DNA of 64,000 bases from Amnibacterium sp. (GTDB lineage: Bacteria; Actinomycetota; Actinomycetes; Actinomycetales; Microbacteriaceae), in the NCBI RefSeq assembly GCF_036559085.1, contig NZ_DATBTU010000075.1:68705-132704 (forward strand). The letters run 5' to 3'. The notes below the pieces were generated by a model. That model worked only from the letters and a program-made list of their open reading frames with translations. It ran no database searches and was not told where the DNA came from. Positions 9,478-18,277 of the stretch are shown here, in pieces. The position numbers were made by a program, and so were the translations under genes. Position 1 is the first letter of the stretch. Each line of letters starts with the position of its first letter.

Positions 9478-10155
9478 TCACTCCGTCGCGGGCTCGTCGG
9501 TCGCGGCCCGCTTGGCCTTCCGCCGGTTCGACAGCAGGTGGAGCCCGGTGGGACCGAGGCTCAGCACGACGGCGGCCAGCAGGATCACGTCGATGTAGTG
9601 CACGACGAAGTAGCGCACCGGCGGGATGCCGCCGAGCAGGAACCCGAGGAACGTGATCCCGAAGCCCCACGCGATCGCGCCGATCAGGTTGTAGAGCGTG
9701 TACTTCCGCTTCGGCATCCGGCCGACGCCGGCCGCGATCGGCGCGAACGTCCGCACGATCGGCACGAACCGGGCGAGGATCACCGCGAGCGGCCCGTACC
9801 GGTCGAAGAAGCGGTTGGTGCGTTGCACCTGCTCCTTGCTGAAGAGGCCGGTCTCCCGCCGCTCGAAGATCCGTGGACCGGTCTTGCGGCCGATGAGGTA
9901 GCCGCACTCGCCCCCCAGGAAGGCGGCGATGCCGATCGCGGGGGCCGCGACCCAGATGCTGACGCCGAGGCCGTGCACGTCGTGCCGCGACAGCAGGCCC
10001 GTGATGATCAGCAGGGTGTCGCCGGGGAAGACGAAGCCGATCAGGAGACCGGTCTCGGCGAAGATGATCAGGCAGACGCCGATGATCGCGTAGGGCCCGA
10101 ACGAGTGGATCAGCTGCGCGGGGTCGAGGAACGGGATCAGCGAGTGCAGATGCAC
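9478..10155 (-). CDS. DedA/VTT family membrane protein
   Basis: IFAETGLLIGFVFPGDTLL and LARFVPIVRTF DedA motifs. Confidence 0.9.
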   Translation of the reverse strand: MHLHSLIPFLDPAQLIHSFGPYAIIGVCLIIFAETGLLIGFVFPGDTLLIITGLLSRHDVHGLGVSIWVAAPAIGIAAFLGGECGYLIGRKTGPRIFERRETGLFSKEQVQRTNRFFDRYGPLAVILARFVPIVRTFAPIAAGVGRMPKRKYTLYNLIGAIAWGFGITFLGFLLGGIPPVRYFVVHYIDVILLAAVVLSLGPTGLHLLSNRRKAKRAATDEPATE

Positions 10156-10204
10156 GGCGTCCCTCCCTCGGCTCGAGCGGCGCGCGCCGCGACGATGCGG
10201 CGGG

Positions 10205-10284
10205 TGCGGAAGGAGGGACTCGAACCCTCACGCCGAAGCACAGGAACCTAAATCCTGCGTGTCTGCCAATTCCACCACTCCCGC
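10205..10284 (-). tRNA. tRNA-Leu (anticodon TAG), CCA not encoded
   Basis: GCGGGAGTGGTGGAATTGGCAGACACGCAGGATTTAGGTTCCTGTGCTTCGGCGTGAGGGTTCGAGTCCCTCCTTCCGCA: 7-bp acceptor stem, long variable arm, TTCGA T-loop. Confidence 0.96.
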
Positions 10285-10555
10285 ATCGGGCGGGCTCAGT
10301 GTAGTGGGGAGGCACGACGGGACGAGGGCGCCGCGTGGCGGGCGTGGGGTCGCGAGGACCCGGCGTCCCCGATCCGCGTCGCCGGTCCCGCTGGACCGCA
10401 TTCACCCGTACCAGGTGATGGTCCGGGATCATCCGGCGCGGATGCTGGGCCCGCAGCAGTCGTCGGGACCGTCACACCGACCCGTGAAGGTCACGGGCCG
10501 TCCGAGGGGTTCCACAACCCCGGCGCCCGCGAGCGAGCTTCGAGGGAGTCGAACT

Positions 10556-11101
10556 GTGAGCAAGTCGGATGTGCCACTTGAGCTGTACATCGCCGCCTAC
10601 ATGGACCCGGACGGCGCCCAGCAGGACTGGGACGGGATCAAGCAGATGGTCGCTGACAAGGTGATCGACGTCGAGGCGATGGCGCTGGTGAGCCGCGACG
10701 AGAACGGCAAGATCCACGTCAAGGACGATGCGCACCACGCCCGTCACGGTGCCAAGAAGGGCGCCATCGGTGGGGCGCTGGTCGGCCTGATCTTCCCGCC
10801 CACGATCATCGCCGGCGCGGTCGTCGGCGCCGCCGCCGGCGGGGTCGCCGGTGGCGTGCTGACCCGCGTCGAACGGCGGAAGATCAAGGCCGACGTGGAG
10901 GCCACCCTGCCCGTCGGGTCCTCCGCCATCGTGGCGCTGTTCGAGGAGCGGTGGCTCGGCGACCTGGAGAAGGCGCTGGCCAAGGCCGACCGCTTCCAGC
11001 TGGAGCACCTCCACGACGACGACCACGAGGTGGTCGACGAGGCCGACGAGACGCCGGCGCCCGCGACGGCTGCGGCGTCGTCCCCCTCCAGCGCCGCCTG
11101 A
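10556..11101 (+). CDS. DUF1269-like membrane protein with glycine-zipper helices
   Basis: GAKKGAIGGALVGLIFPP...GAVVGAAAGG; GSSAIVAL; GAGGGAG RBS upstream of GTG. Confidence 0.75.
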   Translation: MSKSDVPLELYIAAYMDPDGAQQDWDGIKQMVADKVIDVEAMALVSRDENGKIHVKDDAHHARHGAKKGAIGGALVGLIFPPTIIAGAVVGAAAGGVAGGVLTRVERRKIKADVEATLPVGSSAIVALFEERWLGDLEKALAKADRFQLEHLHDDDHEVVDEADETPAPATAAASSPSSAA

Positions 11102-11109
11102 ATCGCTCC

Positions 11110-11157
11110 GCCGAAGGGCCTCGGAGGGCGCTGACGCGACCTCCGAGGCCCTTCGGC
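11110..11157 (+). terminator. 18-bp perfect hairpin after the DUF1269-like gene
   Basis: GCCGAAGGGCCTCGGAGG / CCTCCGAGGCCCTTCGGC, 9 nt after the stop codon. Confidence 0.7.
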
Positions 11158-11207
11158 CTGTGGAGAACCGGCGACGCGCTCGGCCCGGGGCCGACACACT
11201 GGCGGGC

Positions 11208-12428
11208 GTGGCGGATCCCATCCAGCTGATCAGCGCCGTCGTCCGCGACCGGGCGCGCCGAGGCGAGCTCGCCGACGACGGACCTGCCGACGCGGTCCGC
11301 GAGGAGCTGCGGCGGTACGCGGAGCACGCGGTCGCGTCGGGCGCGCCGCTGCTCGGCGACGAGCGCCAGGCGGAGCGGCTGATCGTCGCGGAGCTCACGG
11401 GTTTCGGGCCGCTGCAGCCGCTGCTCGACGACCCCGAGGTCGAGGAGATCTGGATCAACGGCCCCACGAGGGTCTTCGCCGCTCGTGGGGGCGTGGCCGA
11501 GCTGACGCCGATCGTGCTCGGCGAGCAGGAGGTGCGCGACCTCGTCGAGCGGATGCTCGTGACCAGCGGGCGGCGCGTCGACCTCTCCTCCCCGTTCGTC
11601 GACGCGTCGCTGCCCGACGGCTCGCGCCTCCACGTGGTGATCCCGGACATCACTCGGCAGCACTGGGCGGTGAACATCCGCAAGTTCTCCGATCGCGTGG
11701 TCGACCTCGACGCCCTGGTCGCGGGCGGCTCCCTGCCGGCGCACGCCGCGGAGTTCCTCCGCGCCGCGATGCTCGCCGGGATGAACGTGCTCGTGTCCGG
11801 GGCGACGCAGGCGGGCAAGACCACCCTGCTGAACGCCCTGCTCGCTGCGGGCCGGCCGTCGGATCGTGTCATCACGGTGGAGGAGACCTTCGAGCTGAGG
11901 TCGCCGGGCCGCGACGCCGTGGCGATGCAGTGCCGCCAGCCGAGCCTCGAGGGCGGCGGCGAGGTGACCCTGCGCCGGCTCATCAAGGAGGCGCTGCGGA
12001 TGCGGCCCGACCGGCTCGTGGTCGGCGAGGTGCGTGAGGCGGAGGCCCTCGACCTGCTCATCGCGTTGAACTCCGGGATCCCCGGCGCGTGCAGCATCCA
12101 CGCGAACTCCGCCCGGGACGCCCTGACGAAGCTCTGCACCCTGCCGCTGCTCGCGGGCCGCAACATCGACGCCGCCTTCGTCGTGCCGACGGTCGCGGCG
12201 TGCGTCGAGCTCGTGGTGCACTGCGAGCTGCTCGCCTCCGGACGACGGCGGGTCACCGAGATCCTCGCCCCGACCGGCGTCGTCACGGACGGCGGCGTGA
12301 TCGAGGCGAGCCGCGTGTTCACGCTCGAGGACGGGGCGCTTCGGCCCCGCACCGGCGTGCTCCCGCGGTCGGCGAAGTTCGAGGCGGCCGGCCTCGACGT
12401 GCAGGCGCTGCTCGGACGAGCGGCGTGA
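11208..12428 (+). CDS. tadA: Tad/Flp pilus assembly ATPase (CpaF/TadA)
   Basis: VEEIWING, Walker A GATQAGKTT, ITVEETFEL, ALRMRPDRLVVGEVR, SIHANS. Confidence 0.93.
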   Translation: MADPIQLISAVVRDRARRGELADDGPADAVREELRRYAEHAVASGAPLLGDERQAERLIVAELTGFGPLQPLLDDPEVEEIWINGPTRVFAARGGVAELTPIVLGEQEVRDLVERMLVTSGRRVDLSSPFVDASLPDGSRLHVVIPDITRQHWAVNIRKFSDRVVDLDALVAGGSLPAHAAEFLRAAMLAGMNVLVSGATQAGKTTLLNALLAAGRPSDRVITVEETFELRSPGRDAVAMQCRQPSLEGGGEVTLRRLIKEALRMRPDRLVVGEVREAEALDLLIALNSGIPGACSIHANSARDALTKLCTLPLLAGRNIDAAFVVPTVAACVELVVHCELLASGRRRVTEILAPTGVVTDGGVIEASRVFTLEDGALRPRTGVLPRSAKFEAAGLDVQALLGRAA

Positions 12429-13285
12429 TCCCCGCGCTGGGGGCCCTCGGCGGCCTCGGCCTCCTGCTCGTGCTCGCCCCGCTGCTCTGGCCCGCCTCGC
12501 GCCGCATCGAGCGGCCGCGCCGTGCATCCGACCGGATCGCGGACCGCCTCGAGCGCGCGGGCGTCCGGGCGATCGCGCCGGGGATGTTCCTGCCCGTCTC
12601 CGTCCTGCTCGGCCTCGCCGCCGGCGCGCTCGCCCTCGCGGCCACCGGGCTGCCGGTCGTCGCGGCCTTGGCCACCCTCGCCGCCGCGGTCGCGCCGTGG
12701 ACGGTGCTCGGCTGGCGGGCCCGCGCCCGCGTCCGGGCGGCACGAGCCCTCTGGCCGGTCGTCGTGGACGCCCTCGTCGCGTCGATCCGCGCCGGGATGC
12801 CGCTGCCCGACGCCGTCGCCGCGCTCGCCGACGAGGGGCCCGCCCCGCTCCGCTCCGGCTTCGCGCGGTTCGCCGCCCGCTGGCGCGAGACCGGCACGGC
12901 GTCCGTCGCGCTCGACGCGGCGAAGGCGCACTTCGCCGACCCGACCGCCGACCGGCTGATCGAGATCGTCCGGATGGCCCGGCAGGTGGGCGGCACGGAG
13001 CTGCCGTCCGTGCTCCGCGACCTCGCCGTGCACCTGCGCGCGGACCTCGCGCTCCGATCCGAGATGGAGGCCCGGCAGTCGTGGGTCACCGGCGCGGGCA
13101 AGCTCGGCCTCGCGGCGCCGTGGATCGTGCTCGTGCTGCTCGCCACGCGTCCCGAGGGCGCGGCGGCCTACGGCACGCCGGCGGGCGGTGTGCTCATCGC
13201 CGGCGCCGCGGTCGTCACGTTCGCCGCATACCGGGTGATGGTCGCGATCGGCAGGCTGCCGGAGGACCGGCGGTGGTTCCGGTGA
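12425..13285 (+). CDS. tadB: Tad inner-membrane platform protein (T2SSF, TadB-like)
   Basis: SIRAGMPLPDAV T2SSF motif; GTGA overlap with tadA. Confidence 0.85.
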   Translation: MIPALGALGGLGLLLVLAPLLWPASRRIERPRRASDRIADRLERAGVRAIAPGMFLPVSVLLGLAAGALALAATGLPVVAALATLAAAVAPWTVLGWRARARVRAARALWPVVVDALVASIRAGMPLPDAVAALADEGPAPLRSGFARFAARWRETGTASVALDAAKAHFADPTADRLIEIVRMARQVGGTELPSVLRDLAVHLRADLALRSEMEARQSWVTGAGKLGLAAPWIVLVLLATRPEGAAAYGTPAGGVLIAGAAVVTFAAYRVMVAIGRLPEDRRWFR

Positions 13286-14226
13286 GCCTCGAACCGGGCC
13301 TCGCGCTCGCGATGGCATGCGGCATCGGGATCGGGCTCGGCCTCTGGAGCATCGCGAGCCGCCTGCCAGCCTTCGCCCGGCCGCGGCTGGCGACGCGGAT
13401 CGCCCCGTTCCTGCTCGACGTCTCGCCGGAGGCCCGGCGCCTGCACGAGCGCGCCCCTGCCGACCCGGTGCCCGTGCTCGGGGTGCTCGCGGTACCGCTG
13501 CTCGAGGGCTTCCAACGCGGGTTCGGCGCCGTGCTCGGCACTGAAGACCGCACCGCCGTCCGGCTCCGGCGCGCCGGCCTGGCGCGGAGCGTCGAGGCGC
13601 AGCGCCTCCGCCAGCTGGGCTGGACCGTCGCCGGGGCGGTCACCGGCGGCGGGGCCGCCGTGCTCGCGGGGCTCGCCGGATCCGCGTCGCAGCTCGCGAT
13701 CGTCGCGGCGCCGATCGTCGGGGCGGGGATCGGGCTGGCCGCGTCCGACCACGCCCTCACCCGGGCCGCGCGGAAGCGAGCCGCTCGCCTCGAGAGCGAG
13801 CTGCCCACCGTTCTCGAGTTCGTCGCGCTCAGCCTCGCGGCGGGCGAGGGCGTGCACGACGCGCTGGCCCGCGTCGCACGCGTGGGCAGCGGCGTCCTCG
13901 CGGACGAGCTCGGCCGGGTCGTGGCCGAGACCCGCGTCGGGGTGCCGCTCGGGGCGGCCCTCGCCCGGCTCGGCGACGACCTCGTGCTGCCCGCGCTGAC
14001 CCGCTGCCTCACCCACATCGCCGCGGCGCTGGAGCGCGGTTCGCCGCTCGCCGAGCTGCTGCGCGTGCAGGCGGCGGACGCGCGGGAGGAGGCGCGACGC
14101 GCGATGCTCGAGACCGCGGGCAGGAAGGAGGTCGCGATGCTCGTGCCGCTGGTGTTCCTGATCCTGCCGGTCACCGTCGCGTTCGCGGTCTGGCCGGGCA
14201 TCGTGGTGCTGCAGACCCGCCTCTGA
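13282..14226 (+). CDS. tadC: Tad inner-membrane platform protein (T2SSF, TadC-like)
   Basis: ELPTVLEFVALSLAAGEG, ERGSPLAELL, MLVPLVFLILP. Confidence 0.85.
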   Translation: MSLEPGLALAMACGIGIGLGLWSIASRLPAFARPRLATRIAPFLLDVSPEARRLHERAPADPVPVLGVLAVPLLEGFQRGFGAVLGTEDRTAVRLRRAGLARSVEAQRLRQLGWTVAGAVTGGGAAVLAGLAGSASQLAIVAAPIVGAGIGLAASDHALTRAARKRAARLESELPTVLEFVALSLAAGEGVHDALARVARVGSGVLADELGRVVAETRVGVPLGAALARLGDDLVLPALTRCLTHIAAALERGSPLAELLRVQAADAREEARRAMLETAGRKEVAMLVPLVFLILPVTVAFAVWPGIVVLQTRL

Positions 14227-14242
14227 GCCAGCCGCCCGCGCC

Positions 14243-14317
14243 ATCTGCAGGATCTCGGACGATCTGCGGGACCGATCGACCGGATCCCTGCGGCGGACGG
14301 CCGCGGATCCTGCGGAT
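14243..14317. repeat. Nested-palindrome repeat, family 1 (diverged copy)
   Basis: CAGGAT 14248, CGGGAC 14267, degenerate third box, ATCCTG 14307; same 65-nt span as the other copies. Confidence 0.6.
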
Positions 14318-14329
14318 CGCTCGGCGGGG

Positions 14330-15039
14330 CTAGAGCTCCGGCGCGACCGGCTCCAGCGCGGCGCGCACCATCTCGGCCGGGCCCTCGTGCCGGCCGGCGA
14401 ACTCGCGGTAGTCGACCTCGTACCCTTCCGCCTCGAGGGCGGGGACGAGGCGACGGCTGCAGCGCTCGATCGGCAGCACCGGGTCCTCGGTCCCGTGCGA
14501 GACGAAGACCGCGGGGCGTCCGGCCCTGGTCGGCGCGGCGAGGAAGCCGGGGAGAAGGCGAGGATGCGGCTGAAGAGCCGCCCGTTCGTCGTGCCGAGCG
14601 ACAGCGCGTAGGACGCGCCGTCGGAGAAGCCGCCGATCACGATCCGGGCGGCGTCGACCTCGAACCGGTCGAGCACGAACGCGATCGTGCGGTCGATCTC
14701 GGCGACGTCGGGGCCGAATCCGCCGCGGCTCACGTCCCAGGTCGCGTCGCCGGACTTCGGCGCGAGCACGAGGACGCCGCGGCGTTCGGCCTCGACCTGC
14801 AGGAACGGGAGCATGCCCGCGGGGCCGCCGCCCGCGCCGTGCAGCAGGACGACCAGCGCCGCCGGATCCGCGCGCCGCCGTGGCACGAGGAGCGCGGGCC
14901 CGACGCCGGGGCTGCCGTCGAGCCAGGTGATGCCGGGCTCCAGGGCGTCGCGCGTCGGCGGTGCCGGCAGCACGGACAGCTGGCCGCGCCGCCATCCCTC
15001 GCGCAGGTCGTCGGGCACGTCGAGCGGCAGCTTCGTCAC
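14330..15039 (-). pseudogene. Phospholipase/carboxylesterase (alpha/beta hydrolase) with a 1-nt frameshift at ~14550
   Basis: LLHGAGG and GGFSDG (nucleophile) lie in one frame. GFLAAPTRAGRPAVFVSHGTEDPVLP...FAGRH (Asp/His of the triad) lie in another. The switch occurs at TTC TCC CC|GGC TTC. Confidence 0.75.
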
Positions 15040-15123
15040 GCCGGCCACGCTAGGAACCGGGCCTGAGGCGTTCAGGAGCGGCAGCTGGCAGCGCTCCGAG
15101 GGCCGGCCATGCGCGGAGCGACA

Positions 15124-15522
15124 TCAGTCGAAGAGTGCGCTCCAGCCGTCGAGGCGGCTGCGGCCGTGCGCCCATCCGGCGATGAGCATCGTGCGCACCC
15201 AGTCGTCGAGGCCGGCGGCGGTCACGGTGACCTCCGGCGTCGTGCCGTGCACCGACCACTCGTCGACCTCGGTCTCGGGCGAGCGCACGTCGACCTCGTA
15301 GTCGCCCTCGGTCTCCAGGTACTCGGCGAGCTCGTCCGCGATGTCCTGGTCCTGCGCCGCGAAGGCGAACTCGATCCGCACCGCGCCCGTGGCATCTCCT
15401 GCCACCGACTCCGCCGTGTCGCCGTTCATCTCCTCGAGCTCGGCGAGGTTCTCCGCCACCCAGTCCGCCGGCGCCGCACCGCGCTCCGGCTCGGGCAGCG
15501 TCTCCTCGATCGGGACCGCCAC
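15124..15522 (-). CDS. Acidic protein, RraB-like (RNase E inhibitor RraB-type domain)
   Basis: AAGGAG RBS then GTG 15522; RIEFAF...DELAEYL...EV...LDDWV...LDGWS pattern resembles RraB-family proteins. Confidence 0.55.
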   Translation of the reverse strand: MAVPIEETLPEPERGAAPADWVAENLAELEEMNGDTAESVAGDATGAVRIEFAFAAQDQDIADELAEYLETEGDYEVDVRSPETEVDEWSVHGTTPEVTVTAAGLDDWVRTMLIAGWAHGRSRLDGWSALFD

Positions 15523-15588
15523 GTCGGTCTCCTTCCTCGTCGTCGACCCCCATCGTGCCCTGCCGCGCCCATGGCGAGAGAATGGGGT

Positions 15589-16632
15589 GTGCCAGACGCC
15601 GATGGAGCCGCGCCCTTCCGCCTCGACGTGGGCGGCGATCCCGGCACCGACCCGCTCGCCCTCGCGCGCCGCGCCGCCGAGGCGGAGGCGGAGGGCTTCG
15701 ACGGGATCGGAGCGTCCGAGACCCGGCACGACCCGTTCCTGAGTCTCGCGCTCGCCGCCCGCGAGACGACGACCATCGACCTGCTCAGCACCGTGGCGGT
15801 CGCGTTCGCCCGCAACCCGATGACCGTCGCCCAGAGCGCCTACGACCTGCAGGCGATCTCCGGCGGCCGCTTCCTGCTCGGGCTCGGCTCCCAGGTGCAG
15901 CCGCACATCGAGAAGCGGTTCTCCATGCCGTGGTCGAAGCCCGCCGCCCGGATGGCCGAGTTCGTCCGCGCCGTCCGCGCGATCTGGGCGACGTGGCAGA
16001 CCGGCGAGCCGCTGCGCTTCCGCGGCGAGTTCTACACGCACACCCTCATGACCCCGTTCTTCAGCCCGCCCGCGGTCCCCGAGGGGCCGCCGCCGGTCTG
16101 GATCGCCGCGGTGGGGGAGCGGATGACGGAGGTCGCCGGCGAGGTCGGTGACGGCCTGCACGCGCACAGCTTCACCACCCCGCGCTACGTCACCGAGGTG
16201 AGCGTGCCCGCGCTCGCCCGCGGCGCGGAACGCGCCGGCCGGGACGTCGCTGAGGTCGGGATCTCGCTGCCCGCCCTGATCGCCGTCGGCGACGACGACG
16301 CGGCGCTGCAGGTGGCCATCCGCGCGACGAGAGCGCAGATCGGCTTCTACGGCAGCACGCCCGCCTACTTGCCGGTGCTCGCGGCGCACGGCTGGAACGA
16401 CCTGCACGAGCGGCTGCACGAGGCCTCCCGTCGCGGCGACTGGGCCGCGATGGGCGACCTCGTGTCCGACGAGGTGCTCGAGACCTTCGCGGCGATCGGA
16501 TCCGCCGAGTCGGTGGCGCGGGAGCTCCGATCCCGGTACGCCGGCGTCGTGTCGCGCCTCTCGTTCAGCGCGAGCTACCCGATCGCGCCGCAGACCACCG
16601 CCGCGCTCGTCCGAGGGCTCCGCACCGGCTGA
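15589..16632 (+). CDS. LLM-class F420-dependent oxidoreductase (TIGR03617-like)
   Basis: ETRHDPF, VAFARNPMTVAQ, SGGRFLLGLGSQVQPHIEKRFSMPW, TLMTPFFSP. Confidence 0.85.
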   Translation: MPDADGAAPFRLDVGGDPGTDPLALARRAAEAEAEGFDGIGASETRHDPFLSLALAARETTTIDLLSTVAVAFARNPMTVAQSAYDLQAISGGRFLLGLGSQVQPHIEKRFSMPWSKPAARMAEFVRAVRAIWATWQTGEPLRFRGEFYTHTLMTPFFSPPAVPEGPPPVWIAAVGERMTEVAGEVGDGLHAHSFTTPRYVTEVSVPALARGAERAGRDVAEVGISLPALIAVGDDDAALQVAIRATRAQIGFYGSTPAYLPVLAAHGWNDLHERLHEASRRGDWAAMGDLVSDEVLETFAAIGSAESVARELRSRYAGVVSRLSFSASYPIAPQTTAALVRGLRTG

Positions 16633-16641
16633 CCCGGCCCG

Positions 16642-16851
16642 TCACTCCTCGGGCGGCGCGTTCCGGCGGCTCGCCCGCACGAGCACCACGATGCCGGCGA
16701 TGATCACGACGGCCCCGATCACGCTGACGACGACCCAGAGCACCTCGGCGAGCCCGTCGGTCACGGCGAGCTGCGCGATCACGCCGACGAAGAGGATCAG
16801 CACGCCGAGCAGCGTCAGGGCGACGCCGAGGCGGGAGGGTCGGCTGGGCAC
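16642..16851 (-). CDS. Small two-helix membrane protein, hypothetical
   Basis: 69-aa ORF with two hydrophobic segments and typical codon usage. Confidence 0.6.
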   Translation of the reverse strand: MPSRPSRLGVALTLLGVLILFVGVIAQLAVTDGLAEVLWVVVSVIGAVVIIAGIVVLVRASRRNAPPEE

Positions 16852-16901
16852 CCGGTGACGCTACTCCCGGACCGTATGAGCGCCCCACCCGCGCCCGCTG
16901 C

Positions 16902-16979
16902 GTGCGTTCTGCAGGATCCCGCGCGGTCTGCAGGACGACGCGCCGATATCGGTCCTGCACACCGCACGCCGTCCTGCAC
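16902..16979. repeat. Nested-palindrome repeat, family 1
   Basis: CAGGAT-13-CAGGAC-15-GTCCTG-13-GTCCTG; 71/78 identical to 17556-17633. Confidence 0.85.
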
Positions 16980-17008
16980 TCCGATCATGGCCGGCGGCGC
17001 CGCCCGGG

Positions 17009-17419
17009 CTAGCCGCCGATGGCGAGCAGCACGCAGAGCACGGCGAGCGCGGCGGTGATGCCGCCCATGCCCCAGCGCTCGAGCGGATGCCGCCCGGCGA
17101 GGTTGCCCGCCGTGTTCAGCGCGAACAGTCCGGCGACGATCCAGACGCCGACACGGACGACGGGGCTGCCCGGCTGGGCGGCCCCGAGCATCCCGCCGTG
17201 GAGCAGGAGCAGGCCGCCGATGCCGAGCAGCACGATCGCGGTGATGGCGCTGGCGACGCGGAGCCGCTGGGGGAGGCGGCCGTCCGGTTGCGCCGACCGA
17301 CCGCCGTACGCCGCGCCGGCGAGCGGGGCGCCGGCCGCCAGCGCCACCTGGAAGGCGGCGCCGAGCAGCAGCAGCACGAGGGCGACCGCCGTGAGGACCG
17401 CGACGACGGTGTGGGGCAT
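17009..17419 (-). CDS. Four-helix membrane protein, hypothetical
   Basis: 136 aa; ALAAGAPL...AYGG...LPQRLRVAS...LFALNTAGNLAG...ERW; GGAAGGA RBS-like sequence upstream. Confidence 0.75.
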   Translation of the reverse strand: MPHTVVAVLTAVALVLLLLGAAFQVALAAGAPLAGAAYGGRSAQPDGRLPQRLRVASAITAIVLLGIGGLLLLHGGMLGAAQPGSPVVRVGVWIVAGLFALNTAGNLAGRHPLERWGMGGITAALAVLCVLLAIGG

Positions 17420-17555
17420 GCCGGTTCCTTCCCTGTCGACCCTCCGGAAGGCCGGCGCGGGTGCTCCTCACCGTATCGATGGGGGAGCGGAGCCCGAGGC
17501 AGCGCGCGGCAGCGCCCGCCGCTGTCGCAGCGCGGGCCCGCATCCCACCCTTCGT

Positions 17556-17637
17556 GTGCGTTCTGCAGGATCCCGCGCGGTCCGCAGGACGACACATCGA
17601 TATCGGTCCTGCGCACCGCTCGCCGTCCTGCAGAACG
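17556..17637. repeat. Nested-palindrome repeat, family 1
   Basis: CGTTCTGCAGGAT-13-CAGGAC-15-GTCCTG-13-GTCCTGCAGAACG; outer arms fully complementary. Confidence 0.85.
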
Positions 17638-17723
17638 ACCGAGGTCGCCCGGCGCCCTGTGGACAACTCCTGCGGGCCGGCCCCGGCGCGCGTCACACTG
17701 CGCGGGTGGCGAGGGAGGCCGAC

Positions 17724-17900
17724 GTGAAGACACTGCTCACTGACGTGCGGACGCGGATCGACGACGAGCGGGGCGACGTGCCCGGCTGGGTGCTCGTGAC
17801 GTTGATGACCGCAGGACTGGTGGTGCTGCTGTGGGGCGTCGCCGGCCCGGCGCTCACGAACCTGTTCCAGCAGGCGATCTCGAGCGTCTCCGGCATATGA
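17724..17900 (+). CDS. Flp-like pilin
   Basis: GGGAGG RBS; DERGDVPGWVLVTLMTAGLV, a class III signal-peptide-like G|D site followed by a hydrophobic helix. Confidence 0.8.
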   Translation: MKTLLTDVRTRIDDERGDVPGWVLVTLMTAGLVVLLWGVAGPALTNLFQQAISSVSGI

Positions 17901-18277
17901 CCCCGTTCGGCGAGCGCGGCTCCGCCCCGGTGGAGTTCGTGCTGGTCGGGGTGCTGCTCGTCGCGCTCGTGATCGGAGTGCTGCAGGTCGCGGCCGTGCT
18001 CTTCGTCCGCAACACCGCCCTCGACGCCGCGGCGGAAGGCGCCAGGTGGGCGGCGATCGATGGCGCGCCGGCCGCGGGCGTCGCCCGCACCCGCCAGGTG
18101 CTGACGACGGCGCTCGGACCGGGCTACGCCCGCGACGTGGTGGGCGGCACGTCCGCCGAAGCCGGTATCCCCGTCGCGGTCGTCACGGTCCGCACGCCGC
18201 TCCCGGTGCTCGGCCTGCTGGGGCCCGCGGCCGCGCTCGAGGTGTCCGGTCATGCGGCGCTCGAACCCGCTCCCTGA
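17897..18277 (+). CDS. tadE: TadE-like pseudopilin
   Basis: ERGSAPVEFVLV...AAAEGARWAA. Confidence 0.85.
   Translation: MTPFGERGSAPVEFVLVGVLLVALVIGVLQVAAVLFVRNTALDAAAEGARWAAIDGAPAAGVARTRQVLTTALGPGYARDVVGGTSAEAGIPVAVVTVRTPLPVLGLLGPAAALEVSGHAALEPAP

Noticed and set aside
10205-11157. Integrative element at tRNA-Leu
   Set aside because: No integrase and no duplicated tRNA 3' end were seen in the window.
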